Positions 13,201 to 26,729 of a stretch of 64,000 nucleotides of DNA are shown here, piece after piece. This DNA is from Geosiphon pyriformis uo1. Lineage: Eukaryota; Fungi; Glomeromycota. The position numbers were made by a program, and so were the translations under genes. The DNA lies in NCBI GenBank assembly GCA_016748015.1, contig JAAOMT010000128.1:193538-257537 (forward strand). Direction: 5' to 3'. Under the pieces are notes generated by a model. It was not told the origin of the DNA. It worked only from the letters and a program-made list of their open reading frames with translations, and made no database searches. Position 1 is the first letter of the stretch. Every line of letters begins with the position of its first letter.

Positions 13201-14928
13201 CATTTGTCAGCCAAGGCTTAATACCAGCCGAAAAGAACTATGCAACACTAGAAAAAGAATACTTAGTGATATACTGGACAGTTCTGAAATAGAAAAAATA
13301 CTTGAGCCAGAAGTTTGAAGTGTACACAGATCACAAAAGATTAATATCACTCCAAAAACAAGAATTTGGAGATAGAAGACAGTTAAGATGGAAAATAGCA
13401 CTCGCACTATATAATTATACTATACATTATAAAAAGGGAAAAGACAATAGAAATGCTAACAGTTTGTCGTGAATGAGACAAATCTAAACATTCCAATTCA
13501 AAAATATAACAAAACCAAACTACATCCAACAACAACATAACAAAAGATGAACACACAAAAATATCAACAACTTCAACATTATATAGATACTTAACAGTTC
13601 AAAGAGAAATTATCTCAACTGAAACAAAAGAGAATCAAACAACAATCCAAATATTTTATCACTCACCAAAATATACTTTATCAAAAAAATAGAAAAGATT
13701 CAGATCAACCAACCAGAGTAATTACAAAACCAGAAAAGGAAACAATACTGTTCAACATGTACTCAGATCCAACTGCAGAATATTTTCATAAAGAAACAAC
13801 CATGAAAAGAACCAGAAAGAGATACTATTGGCCATCAATGTATCCAAACATCATCCAATATGTGCAAAATTGTGATGCTTGTCAAAGAAGAGAAGGAACA
13901 AAACCCAGCAAACCATTGAGATCAATCAAAGTGAGACAACCATTTGACTGTATTGAATCAATTTAGTCAGATTATTGACAATTACCAGCAGAGGCAACAG
14001 ATATATTGCAGTAGCCATGGACTATCTTACTAAATGGCCAGAAGCCAAAGCAATTCAAAGAGCAGATGCAGAATCCGTTGCCAAATTCATCCATCAAGAT
14101 CTGATTTGTCAACATGAATCTCCAAAAGAACTATTATCAGACCAAAGAACCTATTTTGTTAATAGAATATTAGCAGAACTAAGCCAAAGATTCGGAATTA
14201 AGAGACCACTATCATCACTATACCATCCACAAACCAATGGATTAGTTGAAAGATTTAATAGAACATTGTGTGAAGCAATAGTGAAACTCAGCCAAGAAAA
14301 CCAGGATGAATGGGATTTGTTTATACCATCAGTATTATTTGCTTATCGGACAATGAAACAAGACACCACACAAGCAATACCATTTGAATTGATATATGGT
14401 AGAACAGAAACATTACCAGTTGAGATAGAAGTTAATACATATCCAACTGAATCAATAACAGAAGAAAATTTCCAAGAGACATTGTTAAGAAGAACATATG
14501 ACTTAATGGAAACATTAAAAAACAAATAACAAAAAACAGCTGATAACATTCAACAGTCACAAGAGAAACAAAAAAAAAGACATGATAATCAACTACCAGA
14601 CAAACCAGTTGAATTCAAGATTGGAGACAAAGTACTTTTACATCGTACCAAAGTGGAAAAACAATGAAGTAGAAAATTTGACCCCAAATGGGATGGACCA
14701 TTTCACATAGAAAAAATTCTAGAGAATGGAGCTTACAAATTAAAATTAGATAACAAAATCTTAACCAAAGCAGCACATGAAAATCGACTAAAACTATACC
14801 ACAACATCACACTACCATCCACCAGTAATATTCCACAATTAGGAGTACAGAAGATACTAATCCAACCAGAGGATATTCTATGAGATCTGGAACTAATCAT
14901 CATCATTGACAACAACACATTAAATTAA
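7269..14928 (+). pseudogene. B gag-pol (gag, CCHC, protease, Cys-rich insert, dUTPase, RT, RNase H, integrase)
   Basis: ORFs 8256-8891 (capsid), 9311-10213 (LIFDSGSAGS protease), 10706-12373 (dUTPase and RT start), 13757-14529 (integrase zinc-finger remnant and DDE core), WDGPF motif at ~14690. No chromodomain seen. Confidence 0.92.
11270..11665 (+). pseudogene. dut: dUTPase domain within B pol
   Basis: Motifs DTGFNL, QLASRNS, IIDTGYVENI, EKIAQ and a decayed motif 5 (KGIQRFK). The A copy reads DVGFDL / QLASRS / GGIIDAGYIGNI / KIAQ / RGIQKFRS. Confidence 0.9.
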
Positions 14929-14982
14929 TTCATCAAAAGAATATATAAAGAAATGGTAGATGTGACAAAAAATATCAGAAAA

Positions 14983-15612
14983 ATGGAAATTACAGACAAC
15001 ATCCACTCACTAGCACAACAACTCTTTCAATTGATTCAACACCAAAAGATAGAAATTACAATTAATCAACAAACCATCCAATATTAAGACACTAGAAAAA
15101 CATTGTCACATAGAACATAGAAGAAAACAGAAAATACTGTTGACAAAATCATTGTGAAAGTAAAATTAGCAATAAAAGAGTTGACAAAAGAGTCACTATA
15201 CTAAGAGTTAACTAAAGAAACTTGGAATTGGTGGATACAACAATTTCCAAGAAACTATTGTTATTTTTACTTGGAACAACATGTAAATATCCAGAATCTA
15301 TATATGGATAAAACAAAGTGATTATTTGACACAAGAATACTACAACAATTAGAACATTTTGTGGGAAAGAACAACTTATCCACACAGGTCCAAGCCATAT
15401 ACCAAATACACACAGCATTTTAGGATTGACCAGAAATCTTACTCAACAAAGCAATGGATACAGTTACCAGTAATCAATTAGGAAAGATCACCAATGCTCA
15501 ATTTGAAAAATTACAAACTCAAATAACACAAATAATTCTCAAAAATGAAATTCAGGAAATACTTCAAGAAAAAGAATTAACAAAGTTAGATTTTAACAGA
15601 GCTCAATATTAA
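14983..15612 (+). pseudogene. B ORF3 (unknown ~210-aa protein between integrase and PPT)
   Basis: MEITDNIHSLAQQLFQLIQ...TSNQLGKITNAQFEKL...LDFNRAQY*; collinear with A 20098-21550; a few decay stops. Confidence 0.75.
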
Positions 15613-15625
15613 AAGGAGGGAATAA

Positions 15626-16486
15626 TGTTACTCATAGAAATATAGAGAATATATATTAGCATAGTTATTAACCAATCAGAAGTAGACATAGTAAAATATG
15701 GAATTCTAGGATTCCTCTCAGGAATTGCAGGATTTCAGGAATTATAAGATTCTTACAAGGAATTACAGGATTCCAGAATTTCTCTCAAAGGAATTGCAGG
15801 ATTCCAAGAATCCCAGAATTCCTGTTGTGAAAAATTGAAAAATTGAGGAATCTCAATTATGTATATATAGCAGTAGAATTAGAAGCTAAAAAGACAGACC
15901 TTCCAGTTTAGATTTTATCTAGACAATCTTCCAAACACAATAAATAACTATTTGGTATCTCAAACCTAATTCCACTATCAACACTCTATGTTGATAGTAA
16001 TTGATACTTAACCACACTGGAACAATAGCTCTTGATCATGGCTATTGATGGAATACTAACTTGTAAATCGTCTTGGCTTATTTCTTTTCTTTCTTTATTT
16101 TCTTTTATTTCTTTTATTTATTTTATTTTGATTCTATTGTTGTGTACTAATTGGTTAAATAAAACACTAAATTACTGATGTCAAGGATTGCCTGGTAAAA
16201 GACCCCTGTGAGAGAGTAGAACACGTACAGAAGATACAGAATACTTACCAGAGGATTGCTGGCCATCACGCCAAGAGAAAAATTGACAGAATTGCAATTC
16301 TGGAAAGCTACGGATAAAACAACTATTGAATCTCTGTCCATTATACAAAGAACTTAAACTGAAACCTTCAAATACAAAACCTTCAGATACAAAATCTTCA
16401 GATTAATAACATCAATGTGAATAACTTTTAGCACCAAGTTATGGGTTTGTTATTTGATTCAACACCCCAAATAATCACTTATAACA
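15626..16486 (+). repeat. 3' LTR of B (861 bp)
   Basis: Direct repeat of 6413-7209 with extra GGAATT units. Confidence 0.95.
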
Positions 16487-19400
16487 GTGCACCTGCATTG
16501 ATCTCAAAATAGCATTGGAAATTCCAGCAACAACAATAATTCAGTTAGCATCTAGAAGTAACTTAGCCAAAAAGAGAATTAACATCAGGGGAGGAATAAT
16601 TGATGCAGGATATATAGGAAATATCATTGCTATATTACAAAATTATTTAGAAAAAGCATATATCATAGATCCAAAAGAAAAGATAGCACAGACAATATTC
16701 CTATTTCTAGTGAAAATAGCTCAATTCATATCAGTAGAAAACAAAGAAAAATTAGGGATAATAGCAAGAGGGATACAAAAATTCAGATCAATGAGTAGAA
16801 TAAATATACCAGTCAATATAGTAGAGGAAAAAATTATTGACAAGAAAAAAATTATCTCTATCCATCAACCAATTTCTATTTTACCATATGACTAGTACAT
16901 AGTAGTTATAGAGAAAAAAGCAAAAGATCAAGTTCAAATTTTTGAGGTAGAAGCAATACCTTGCAAATCAGGAGAAATTAGATTAGTCAATTTACATATA
17001 CCAGCCAAGAACTACAGTTACATAAAAATTTCCATCTACAACAACACAGGAGATATTATTAGGATACCAAAAGAAACAACTATTAGATACTTAACCACCG
17101 AAATTAAAAACCAACTGCCAGATATCATTCCAGACTTTCCACAACTTTGCAGATATGTAAATATTACATCACAAACAATATATAGACAAAATAAATGTTA
17201 TTTGCTCCAATCAAAACAACTAGAACAAATAAACATAGGAAACTTAGATCCACTACAATGTATGCAGCTTAAAATGTTACTCAACAATTTCAATGACATT
17301 TTTGCTAGTGAAAATGAATTTGACAAAACTGATATCATCCAACATCAAATCAAGACTAAAGATACTATGCTAATTAAGCAGAGAGCATACAAAGTACCAC
17401 CAGCTAGCCATAAGATTATTCATCAAGAAATTAATCGAATGCTTGACAATGGGCTAATTCAGCCATTAATAAGTCTATGGTCATCACCAGTGGTATTAGT
17501 CCATAAAAAAAATAGAAAAATCCACTTTTGTGTAGATTACCAGAAACTGAATAGAGTAACAAAAGAAGACAGTTACCCAACTCCAAAGATCCAAAAACTT
17601 TTCAATGCTTTTGGAGGAAAAAAATGGTTCTCAACATTAGACTTAGACAGTGGTTACTGACAAGTAGCCATAAAACTGGAAGACAAAGAAAAAACAGCTT
17701 TCACAACACAGGAAGAAAATTTCAAATTTGAAGTGATGCCATTCGGCTTGTTGAATGCTTCAGCAATATTCCAACAGCTTATGGAAATTGTCTACACTGG
17801 ATTACTGTAGAAATCAGTAATTGTTTACTTAGATGACACAAATATGTTCTTCAAGACATTTGATGACTATCTACATCATCTTCAACAAGTGTTTGAAAGG
17901 TTAAGAAAAGCAGAATTGAAATTAAATACAACCAAGTGTTTTTTTAGCAAAACAAAGTTGAAGTTTTTAGGACATATGGTAAGCAAAGATGGAATCAAAA
18001 TGGATTCAGACAAGATTAAAATTGTCAAGAACTTTCCAGTACCAAATAATCTCACAAAATTGAGAGCATTCTTGGGATTTGTTGGATACTACTGCCACTT
18101 TATCAAAAACTTTTCCAAAATAGCTCAACCACTACACCAACTCCAAACAAAGAACATTAAATATGAATGAACAGAAATTCAGCAAAAAACTTTTGATACA
18201 TTAAGAAAAAAGCTTATTCAAGCTCTAATACTAATCTATTCAGATCATAACAAACCATTCATAATTACAACTGATGCATTTGGTCAAGCATTGGAGCAGT
18301 ATTATCTCAGAAAAAACTGGACAGACGAGAATATCCAGTAGTTTATGCCAGTAGAAACTTAAGTCCAGCTGAAAAGAACTATATAACTCCAGCACTGGAA
18401 CACTTAACTATCTATTGAGCTGTTAGCAAATAGAAAGAATACTTGAGTCAAAAATTTGATGTGTACACTGATCACAAAAGATTAACTTCAATCCAAAAAC
18501 AAGAATTTAGAGATGATTGCCATGCCAGATAGAAAATAGAACTTTCACCATTCAATTATACAGTACATTATAAAAAGAAAAAAGACAATAGAAATGTTAA
18601 CAGATTGTCGTGAATAAGACAAATCTAAAAACATTTCAACCCAAAAAAATATAACAAAACATAAATATACAAAAATACTAACAACTTCAACATTATATAA
18701 ATACCCAATTGTTCAAGGAAAAATTATCTCAAAAAGAACAAAGCAACATAAAACAGCAATCAAAATATTTTAGCAACCATTAAAATATACTTTACCAGAA
18801 AAACAAAAGAAATCCAGATCAACCAATCAGAGTAATCACAAAACCAGAAAAAAAGACAATATTATTCAACATGCACTCAGATTCAACAGCAGAACATTTT
18901 CACAAAAAAGCAACAATAAAAAAAACCAAAAGAAAATACTATTGGCCATTAATGTATCCAGACATTATCTAATACGTTCAAAATTGTAATGCTTGTCAGA
19001 GAAGAGAAGAAACAAAACCCAGTGAACTATTGAGACCAATTAAAGTGGGACAACTATTTGATTGTATTGGAATTGACTTAGTCAGACCATTAACAATCAC
19101 CATTAAAGACAACAGATATATTGTAGTAGCCATAGATTATTTCACAAAATGGCCAGAAGCAAAAGCCATTCAAAAAGCAGATGCAAAATCCATTGCCAAA
19201 TTCATTCATTAAGATTTGATCTGTCAACATAGATGTCTAAAAGAACTATTATTAGATCAAGGAACTCATTTTGTGAATAGAACATTAGAAGAATTAAGTC
19301 AAAGATTTAGAATTAAAAGACCATTGTTATCACCATACCATTTACAAACCAATGGATTAGTTGAAAGATTCAATAGAACATTGTGTGAAGCAATTACCAA

Positions 19401-20097
19401 AATCAGCCAAAAAAATCAAAACAAATGGGATTTGTTCATACCATCAGTATTATTTGCTTACCAGACAATAAAGCAAGATACTATACAAACAACACCATTT
19501 GAATTTGTATATAATAGGACAGCAATACTGCCAGTAGAAATAGAAGTACAAACATATCCAACAGAACCAATAACAGAAGAAAATTTCCAAAAAATATTGT
19601 TGAGAAGAATGTACAACTTAATGGAAACACTAGAAAACAAAAGACAAAGAGCAGCTGATAATATCCAAAAGTCACAAGAAAAACAAAAAAAAAGACATGA
19701 CAACCAATTATCAGAGAAACCAGTTAAATTCAAAATAGAAGACAAAGTACTTCTACATTGTACTAAAGTGAAAAAACAATGGAGTGGAAAATTTGATCCC
19801 AAATAGAATAGACCATTTCACATAGAAAAATTTTTTGGAAATAGAGCTTATAAATTAAGATTGAACAATAAAATTTTAACCAAAGCAATACATGGTAATT
19901 AACTGAAACAATATTACTATATAATATCATTATTCACCAATAATATTTCACAACTGAAAGTACAACAAATACTAATCCAACCAGATAAGATTCCATAAGA
20001 TCTGGAACCAATTATAATCATTGGATTAGACATGTAAAATTAAACAATAAAAAGAGTATATAAAGACATAGTAAACGTGATGGAAGACTTCAGAAAA

Positions 20098-21550
20098 ATG
20101 GAAATTATGGACAATATTCACACACTAGCACAACAACTATTCCAACTGATTTAACAACAGAATAAGGAAATTACTATCAACCAACAAACTATTTAATACC
20201 AAGATACCAGAAAGATACCCAAATACAAAATTCAAAAGAAAACAGAAAACACTATTGACAAAATGGGTTTGAAAATAAAATTAGCAATAAAAAAACCAAT
20301 AAATGTTATCACATATCAAGAATTGACTAAAGAAACTTGGAAATGGTGGATACACAAATTTCCAAGGAACTTTTGTTATTTCTATTTGGAATAATACTTG
20401 AATATTCAGAACTTATACATGGTGTTATAGATGATTATTTGGGGTCTCAAATCAAATAACAAACCCGTAACTTGGTGCTTGATTAATATGTTGATAATGG
20501 TTTCTGAAGGTTGTCATAATCTGAAGGTGTTGTTTGTCTGAAGATTTTGGTTGAGTTCTTTGTATAATGGACAGAGATTCAATAGTTGTTTTAGTAGTCT
20601 TCTAGAATCACAATTCCATCAAATTTTTTTCTTAGTGTGGTGACCAGTAATTCTTTTAATAAGCTATCCTTAAATCTATGAGTGTTCTACCCTTGTTTTA
20701 CAGGTCTTTTACCAGTCCTTATGATGTCTGTAACTTAGTGCTTTAATTTTTAATCAATTAGTCAACAAAAAAAATACAAAAAAAATAAAAAAATAAACAA
20801 AAGCAATTGCAAGTTAGTATCTTGTAAATAGCTGTGATCAAGAGCTATTGTTTTAGTATGATTAAGTATCAATTACTATCAACATAAAGTGTTGATAGTG
20901 GATTGAGATAGTAAATAATTATTTATTGATATTTGTGAATAGAAAGTTGCTTAGATCAAATCTAAACTGGGAGGTTGCTAACTAAAGAATTTTGCCTTTT
21001 TCTTTTTCTAACACTACTGCTATATATACATAATTGAAATTCCTCGATTTTTCAATTTCTTACATTAGGAATTCTGGAATTTTGGAATTTTGCAATTTTT
21101 TGTATGAGAATCCTGAAATTCCTGGAATCTTGCAATTTCTCTTGAGAAGAATTCTGGAATTTCACATTTACTATGGCTACTTCTGATTGGCTAATTTATA
21201 TGCTAATATACTTCCTATATTTTATGAGTAACAACAGATAAAACAAAACGATTATTTGATAAAACAATACTACAACAACTGGAACAATTTGTGGAAAAGA
21301 ACAATTTGACTACACAAACAAGAGCCATATATTAGCTACATACTGGATTCCAAGACAGACCAGAAATCCTACTTAATCCAGAAATGGATTTTATTACAAT
21401 TAACCAAATGGAAAAAATAACCAACACCCAATTTGAAGAATTACAGAACAGGATAACACAAGTAATTCTTAAAAAAAAGTTCAAAAAATACTCAAGGATA
21501 GAGAATTAAAGTTAAAAGATTTGGGAAATTTTGATAGAGCTCAATATTAA
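20098..21550 (+). pseudogene. A ORF3, interrupted by the solo LTR
   Basis: MEIMDNIHTLAQQLFQL...NLY[insertion]DKTKRLFDKTILQQLEQF...NFDRAQY*. Confidence 0.75.
20423..21233 (-). mobile_element. Solo LTR of family A, inverted
   Basis: Reverse complement of the A LTR (811 bp, TG..CA). Flanks ATGG/ACAG reconstruct to an ACGG TSD. Confidence 0.93.
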
Positions 21551-21563
21551 AAGAAGAAAATAA

Positions 21564-22402
21564 TGTTATTCATAGAACATAGAAAGTATATTAGCATATA
21601 AATTAGCCAATCAGAAGTAGCTGTAGTAAATGTGGAATTCCAGAATTTCTCTTAAGAAAAATTGCAGAATTCCAGAAATTTCAAGATTCTCGTACAAAGA
21701 ATCACAGAATTCCAGAATTTCAGAATTCTGCTAAAAAAAAATTGCAGGATTTCAGGAATTCCAGAATTCCTGGTGTGAAGAATTGAGAAATTGAAAAATC
21801 TCAATTATATATATATAACAGTAGTATTAGAAGTAGAAAAGACAGATCTCTCAATTTAGATTTGATCTAAGCAATCTTCCATTCACAAATATCAATAAAT
21901 AATTATTTTTTATCTTTAATCCACTCTCTACTATTAACATGAAGTGTTGATAGTAATTGATACTTAACTACACTAGAACAATAGCTTTTGATCACAGCTA
22001 TTAATGGAATACTAACTTGCAATTGCTTTTGTTTATTTTTTTTTATTTTTTTTTATTTTTTTTATATTTTTTTTGTTGACTAATTGATTAAAGATTAAAG
22101 CATTGAGTTACAGACATTATAGAGACTGGTAAAAAATCTGTGAAACAAAAGTAGAACACTTATAGATTTGAGAATAACTTATCAGAAGGATTACTGGCCA
22201 CTACACTAAGAAAAAAATTCAACAGAATTGCGATTCCAGAAGGCTACTAAAACAACTATTGAATCTTTGTCTATTATACAAAAAACTTCACAATCAAACC
22301 TTCAGATACAAACAACTTCCAGATTACCAATACTATCATCAATTGAGCACCAAGTTACAGATTTGTTATTTGATTTGAGATCCCAAATAATTACCTGTAA
22401 CA
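21564..22402 (+). repeat. 3' LTR of A (839 bp)
   Basis: TGTTATTC...TGTAACA followed by ACAC. Confidence 0.95.
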
Positions 22403-22700
22403 ACACCAATATCTTTGAAACTTAAAAAGCCAACAGATAAGTTGACTATACTAATATTTATATCAAGCTTTTTTGGCTTTTTATAAAATACATTATAGAA
22501 GTATATACTTTCCACATGCTTTTTTTTAGTGCTTAAATAAGTTTTTAAACCAGTTAAACTCAAACCAAAACTATTAGCAAAAGAGTTTACTAGTTCTATT
22601 ACAACAAGTTAAAAAAAATAAATAAAAGAATACAAAAGAAAAAAGAAGAAAAAACAAAATATTTTTTTAATAATTCTTTACTCTTGTTATGAACAAAAAA
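22403..22700 (-). mobile_element. 5' end of the same LINE, split off by insertion of Gypsy A
   Basis: The reading ..KKPKKLDINISIVNLSVGFLSFKDIGV runs into the ACAC duplication and joins the sequence at 1612. The 5' boundary is approximate. Confidence 0.65.
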
Positions 22701-24112
22701 TTAACAAGAAAAAAACTCTTTTTACTTTGTTTTATTGTTTAATATTTTGGTTTTTTTGATTTTTTCAAATATATATTTAAAAATAGCCTTTTTAATACCA
22801 AAATAGATTTTTTTTTTATTCTTTTTTTTATATTTAATATAAATTTGTTTATTTTAGTTAATTTTTTAAATAATAATATTTTAAAAAAATAACTTATAAA
22901 ATAAACCAAATAAAAAATAATAATAATTTTTTTTTGGTATTATTATTAATAAAATATATAAATTTAAATTGGTTTTAATAAAATTAAAATTAAAAAATTT
23001 GTTCAATTTAGTAAAAATTAGAATTAAAAAAAATTGAATTTTAATAAATTGAGTTACTTTTTTTCTGGTTGCCAATATAAATTTTGTTATTAATATAAAA
23101 ACTTGATTTTTTTTATAAAAAACAGATTAAAAGTTTTAATAATTTAATTATTAATTTGCTTAAAAATTTAAACAATCTAAAAATAATATAAAAATTATTT
23201 TTTAAATATTTATAATATAAAAAATTAATTAATTATCTTAGTTTTGACAAATTATATCAAAACATAAAATATGTAGAATAATAAGATAAAATTTTATAAA
23301 AAGATAAATATTTAAGAATATTTATATAAATAAGTATTGAAAAATTATAAAAGTAAAATAAAAATAACACATTTTTTTATATAAATTTAGATAATTGGTT
23401 ATATGCAAACAAAACATGAATTGTATTTAATATAAAATATTTCAATTTTATGCATATAGATAATAATAAGCCTATATTTTGTAATAATATTAAATTAATT
23501 TTAATTAATTTTTAAAAACAGCAAAATTTTTTGTAAAATAATTTTTTATTTTACGTTTAATTTATCTAATTATTACAATAAAAATTTGTAACAATTAATA
23601 TTTAATTTTATTCAAGTAATAAAGATTTAAATACTAATACATACGTATAATATTTTCAAATCAAAGCTATCAAACAATTTTGTATTTGGTTAATATATTT
23701 ATGTACAAACATTGGTATTCAAATCAGTTGCATTAATAATAACAATAGATTACAATGCTTTATCACAGATAAGATCATCAGCGACAATCTGGATTTGGGT
23801 TAGTCTTCTTCAAAAAGTAAAAAATTTTCCTGGAAGGATCTCATTGCATAAGAGAAAATGGCAAGATCATCTTTTAAGTGAAATAATGGCAAATTTCGTT
23901 GCGGGAATCACAACTACTCCCACTTGAAAATTGATGGCTTTTTTGATTTTTGAATGAACGAGACACTGGTATTTTTCTTTTTATGAATACTATTTAAGAA
24001 GCCTTATAACGTATGGAAGTTCTGAATTATTAAATTCTTACATGTTTACAGCTCCGATAACTGTTTATTTCTTATAACCAATAGGCATATCTCAGACAGA
24101 TATAAATAAGTC

Positions 24113-26729
24113 ATGAATAACCGACGTCTATTTAGTAGCACAAGGAACATAGGAGGAACCGTCTTCACTAACACTCATAAACGAGCTGTCTCACTGACCC
24201 TAACCTCTACTACTCACTCCTACTATGTTGCAAAGACGAAAACGAAAGCTAGCGCGCTAAAGGTGGCCGCTTCTTGGGCTACAACGCAACGACGGTGGCA
24301 AGCTAGTGCTATTAGGTGGGTTTTTAGTTTGGGGTTGGCTTATTTCAGTGTAAAAAGGGAAGACTAGAAAGAGAGGGGTTGAGTAGCTATGTTCCCAGAG
24401 AAGATATAGAGAGAGAAAGGTGAAGGGCGGGAAAAATAATGGTTACTTGGAATAATATCCTTTCTGGATTTATACATTGAACTAAATAATTCGAATATTA
24501 TCGTTTAATCTGGATCAACAAAAAAGTCCACATTCAATTGAAACACCACCCGCTTACCCACCACCTATACCGCCAGGACCATCAATACCCCGACGAAAAA
24601 TAATACCCCCTCCCAAACCAACGGTAACTCCTGCACCAGCATATGACACGTCTCTCGTAGGCTTATCAGGCGGTGAAATCTTTCATGAAATGATGTTACG
24701 ACATGGTGTACGTCACATATTCGGATACCCCGGTGGTGCGATTCTTCCTGTTTTTGATGCGATTTATAACTCGAAACATTTCGAGTTTGTGTTACCAAGG
24801 CATGAACAGGGTGCGGGACATATGGCCCAAGGTTATGCCCGAGCATCCGGGAAGCCTGGGGTTGTATTGGTCACATCGGGTCCTGGTGCTACGAATGTGA
24901 TTACCGCGATCCAGGATGCCTTGTCGGACGGCACCCCGTTAATCGTATTCTGTGGTCAGGTTCCGACATCGGCCATTGGAACTGATGCATTCCAGGAGGC
25001 TGATGTGATTGGAATTAGTCGCGCTTGCACCAAGGTATATTTTTCAAAGATTTCACTTTAGTGAACATTCTTGTTTGCTTTCCACCCTTCAAATCTATTC
25101 GATTCAATTCCTTTCATTCAATTCAAATATTTCAAATTTTATTTATTTATCAAGTGGAATGTGATGGTAAAAAATATTGCCGAACTTCCTCGTCGTATCA
25201 CTGAAGCTTTCGAGATAGCCACGACAGGTCGACCTGGCCCAGTATTGGTTGACCTACCAAAAGACGTGACAGCTGCCATCTTAACAAAACCTATACCGAC
25301 ACAATATACTCTTCCTTATCGCCCTTTCACGGAAACTCCGTTGACTGCGACGAGCTCCGTAGTCGCAAGATCTATCAACAATCCGATCATTCAACGAGCT
25401 GCCGAAATGATAAATAAGGCCGAAAAACCTATAATCTATGCTGGTCAAGGGATTCTGGGATCAACAGAAGGGCCAGCAAGGTTACGAGAGTTAGCCTCGT
25501 GTGGTAACATCCCGGTAACCACAACTTTACAAGGGTTGGGAGCTTTTGACGAATTGGACCCTCGTAGTTTGCACATGTTAGGTATGCATGGATCAGCTTC
25601 TGCCAATCTGGCAATGCAAAAAGCGGATGTGATTATTGCTTTAGGCGCTAGATTTGATGATCGTGTCACCGGACATCTAAATCGTAAGCTTTCGAAAAGA
25701 TCTTGCTTCAATTCTAGAATTAAGTTCACAATTAATTAAATCTTTCTTACAACTTCTCTTCTTTTCTGACATACAAAGATTTTGCACCGGAAGCGAAAAA
25801 AGCAGCAAAAGAAAATCGTGGTGGAATCATACATTTCGAAATAAGTCCCAAAAACATTAACAAAGTTGTTCAAGCTAATGCCGCGGTAGAAGGTGACGTA
25901 GCTGAAAACCTTCGAACTCTCTTGCCATTTGTAGAATTCTCGGAAAGAAAAGAATGGTTCTCATTAATTAACGAATGGAAAACAAAATATCCGTGGCATT
26001 ACAAGAAACCTGCCACAAAAGATGCTCGTCTGAAACCTCAACAAATCATTGAGGAATTAGACCGTCAAACACAAGGTTACAAGGAAAAAGTAATTCTGAC
26101 CACCGGTGTAGGACAACATCAAATGTGGGCTGCGCAATTTTTCCGCTGGCGTTATCCAAGAACAATGATAACATCCGGTGGTTTGGGAACAATGGGTTAC
26201 GGATTGCCTTCAGCGATCGGTGTTAAGGTGGCTTGTCCTGATAAGATTGTGGTGGATATTGATGGTGATGCTAGTTTTTCCATGACTGGAATGGAATTAG
26301 CCACCGCGGCACAATACAATATCGGTGTTAAGGTATTGATTCTTAATAACGATTTTCAAGGGATGGTAAAACAATGGCAAGATTTGTTTTATGAGGAACG
26401 ATACAGTCAAACAAAAATGGTGAACCCGGACTTTGTGAAACTGGCAGAGGTGAGCAACGAGTAACAATCTGAAAAGGTGATCTTTTTGATCTATTTTGCC
26501 TTCATCACTAACCATATATTTGCTTTTTTCATCAAAGGCCATGAACTGTAAAGCTATACGCATTCGAACAGAGGAAGAACTTCCGGAAAAGATAGCCGAA
26601 TTTCTAGAATATAATGACGGACCGATTTTATGTGATGCCATTGTGGAGAAACATGAGCATGTGTATCCGATGGTACCCGCTGGCAAAGCTTTGGATGAAT
26701 TCATCATACATCCCGACCTGAAAAGATGA
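24113..26729 (+). CDS. ILV2: Acetolactate synthase catalytic subunit, mitochondrial; exons ~24113-24315, 24527-25034, 25155-25683, 25779-26449, 26538-26729
   Basis: [65 protein letters not shown] motif. GT-AG introns keep frame. R/S/T-rich presequence. Confidence 0.97.

Larger units (their letters stand above)
6413..16486 (+). mobile_element. Full-length Gypsy B (sister subfamily of A) nested in A's dUTPase
   Basis: LTRs at 6413-7209 and 15626-16486, PBS 7212-7226, PPT AAAAGGAGGGAA 15611-15622. Flanks GCAC/GTGC reconstruct to GCGC. A's dUTPase resumes exactly at 16487. Confidence 0.95.
2513..20043 (+). pseudogene. A gag-pol, originally one frame, interrupted by B (6413-16486)
   Basis: Capsid-like MAYALIAKFKKF at 3329, CCHC knuckle CHYCGKQEHLKIDC (~4066), protease (IKLILNSRS), dUTPase split by B, RT VYLDD (~17823), RNase H, integrase (VAIDYFTKWPEA, TNGLVERFNRTL). 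Gag (3329) and the protease ORF (4409) share a frame. Many TGG/CAA/CGA-derived stops. Confidence 0.9.
1613..22402 (+). mobile_element. Ty3/Gypsy LTR retrotransposon A (degenerate; hosts nested insertions)
   Basis: TG..CA LTRs at 1613-2450 and 21564-22402, 4-bp TSD ACAC (1609-1612/22403-22406), PBS at 2453, purine tract at ~21549-21560. Domain order is gag-PR-dUT-RT-RH-IN. Confidence 0.95.

Noticed and set aside
14983-15612. ORF3 as an envelope gene
   Set aside because: No signal peptide or hydrophobic transmembrane stretch is visible.
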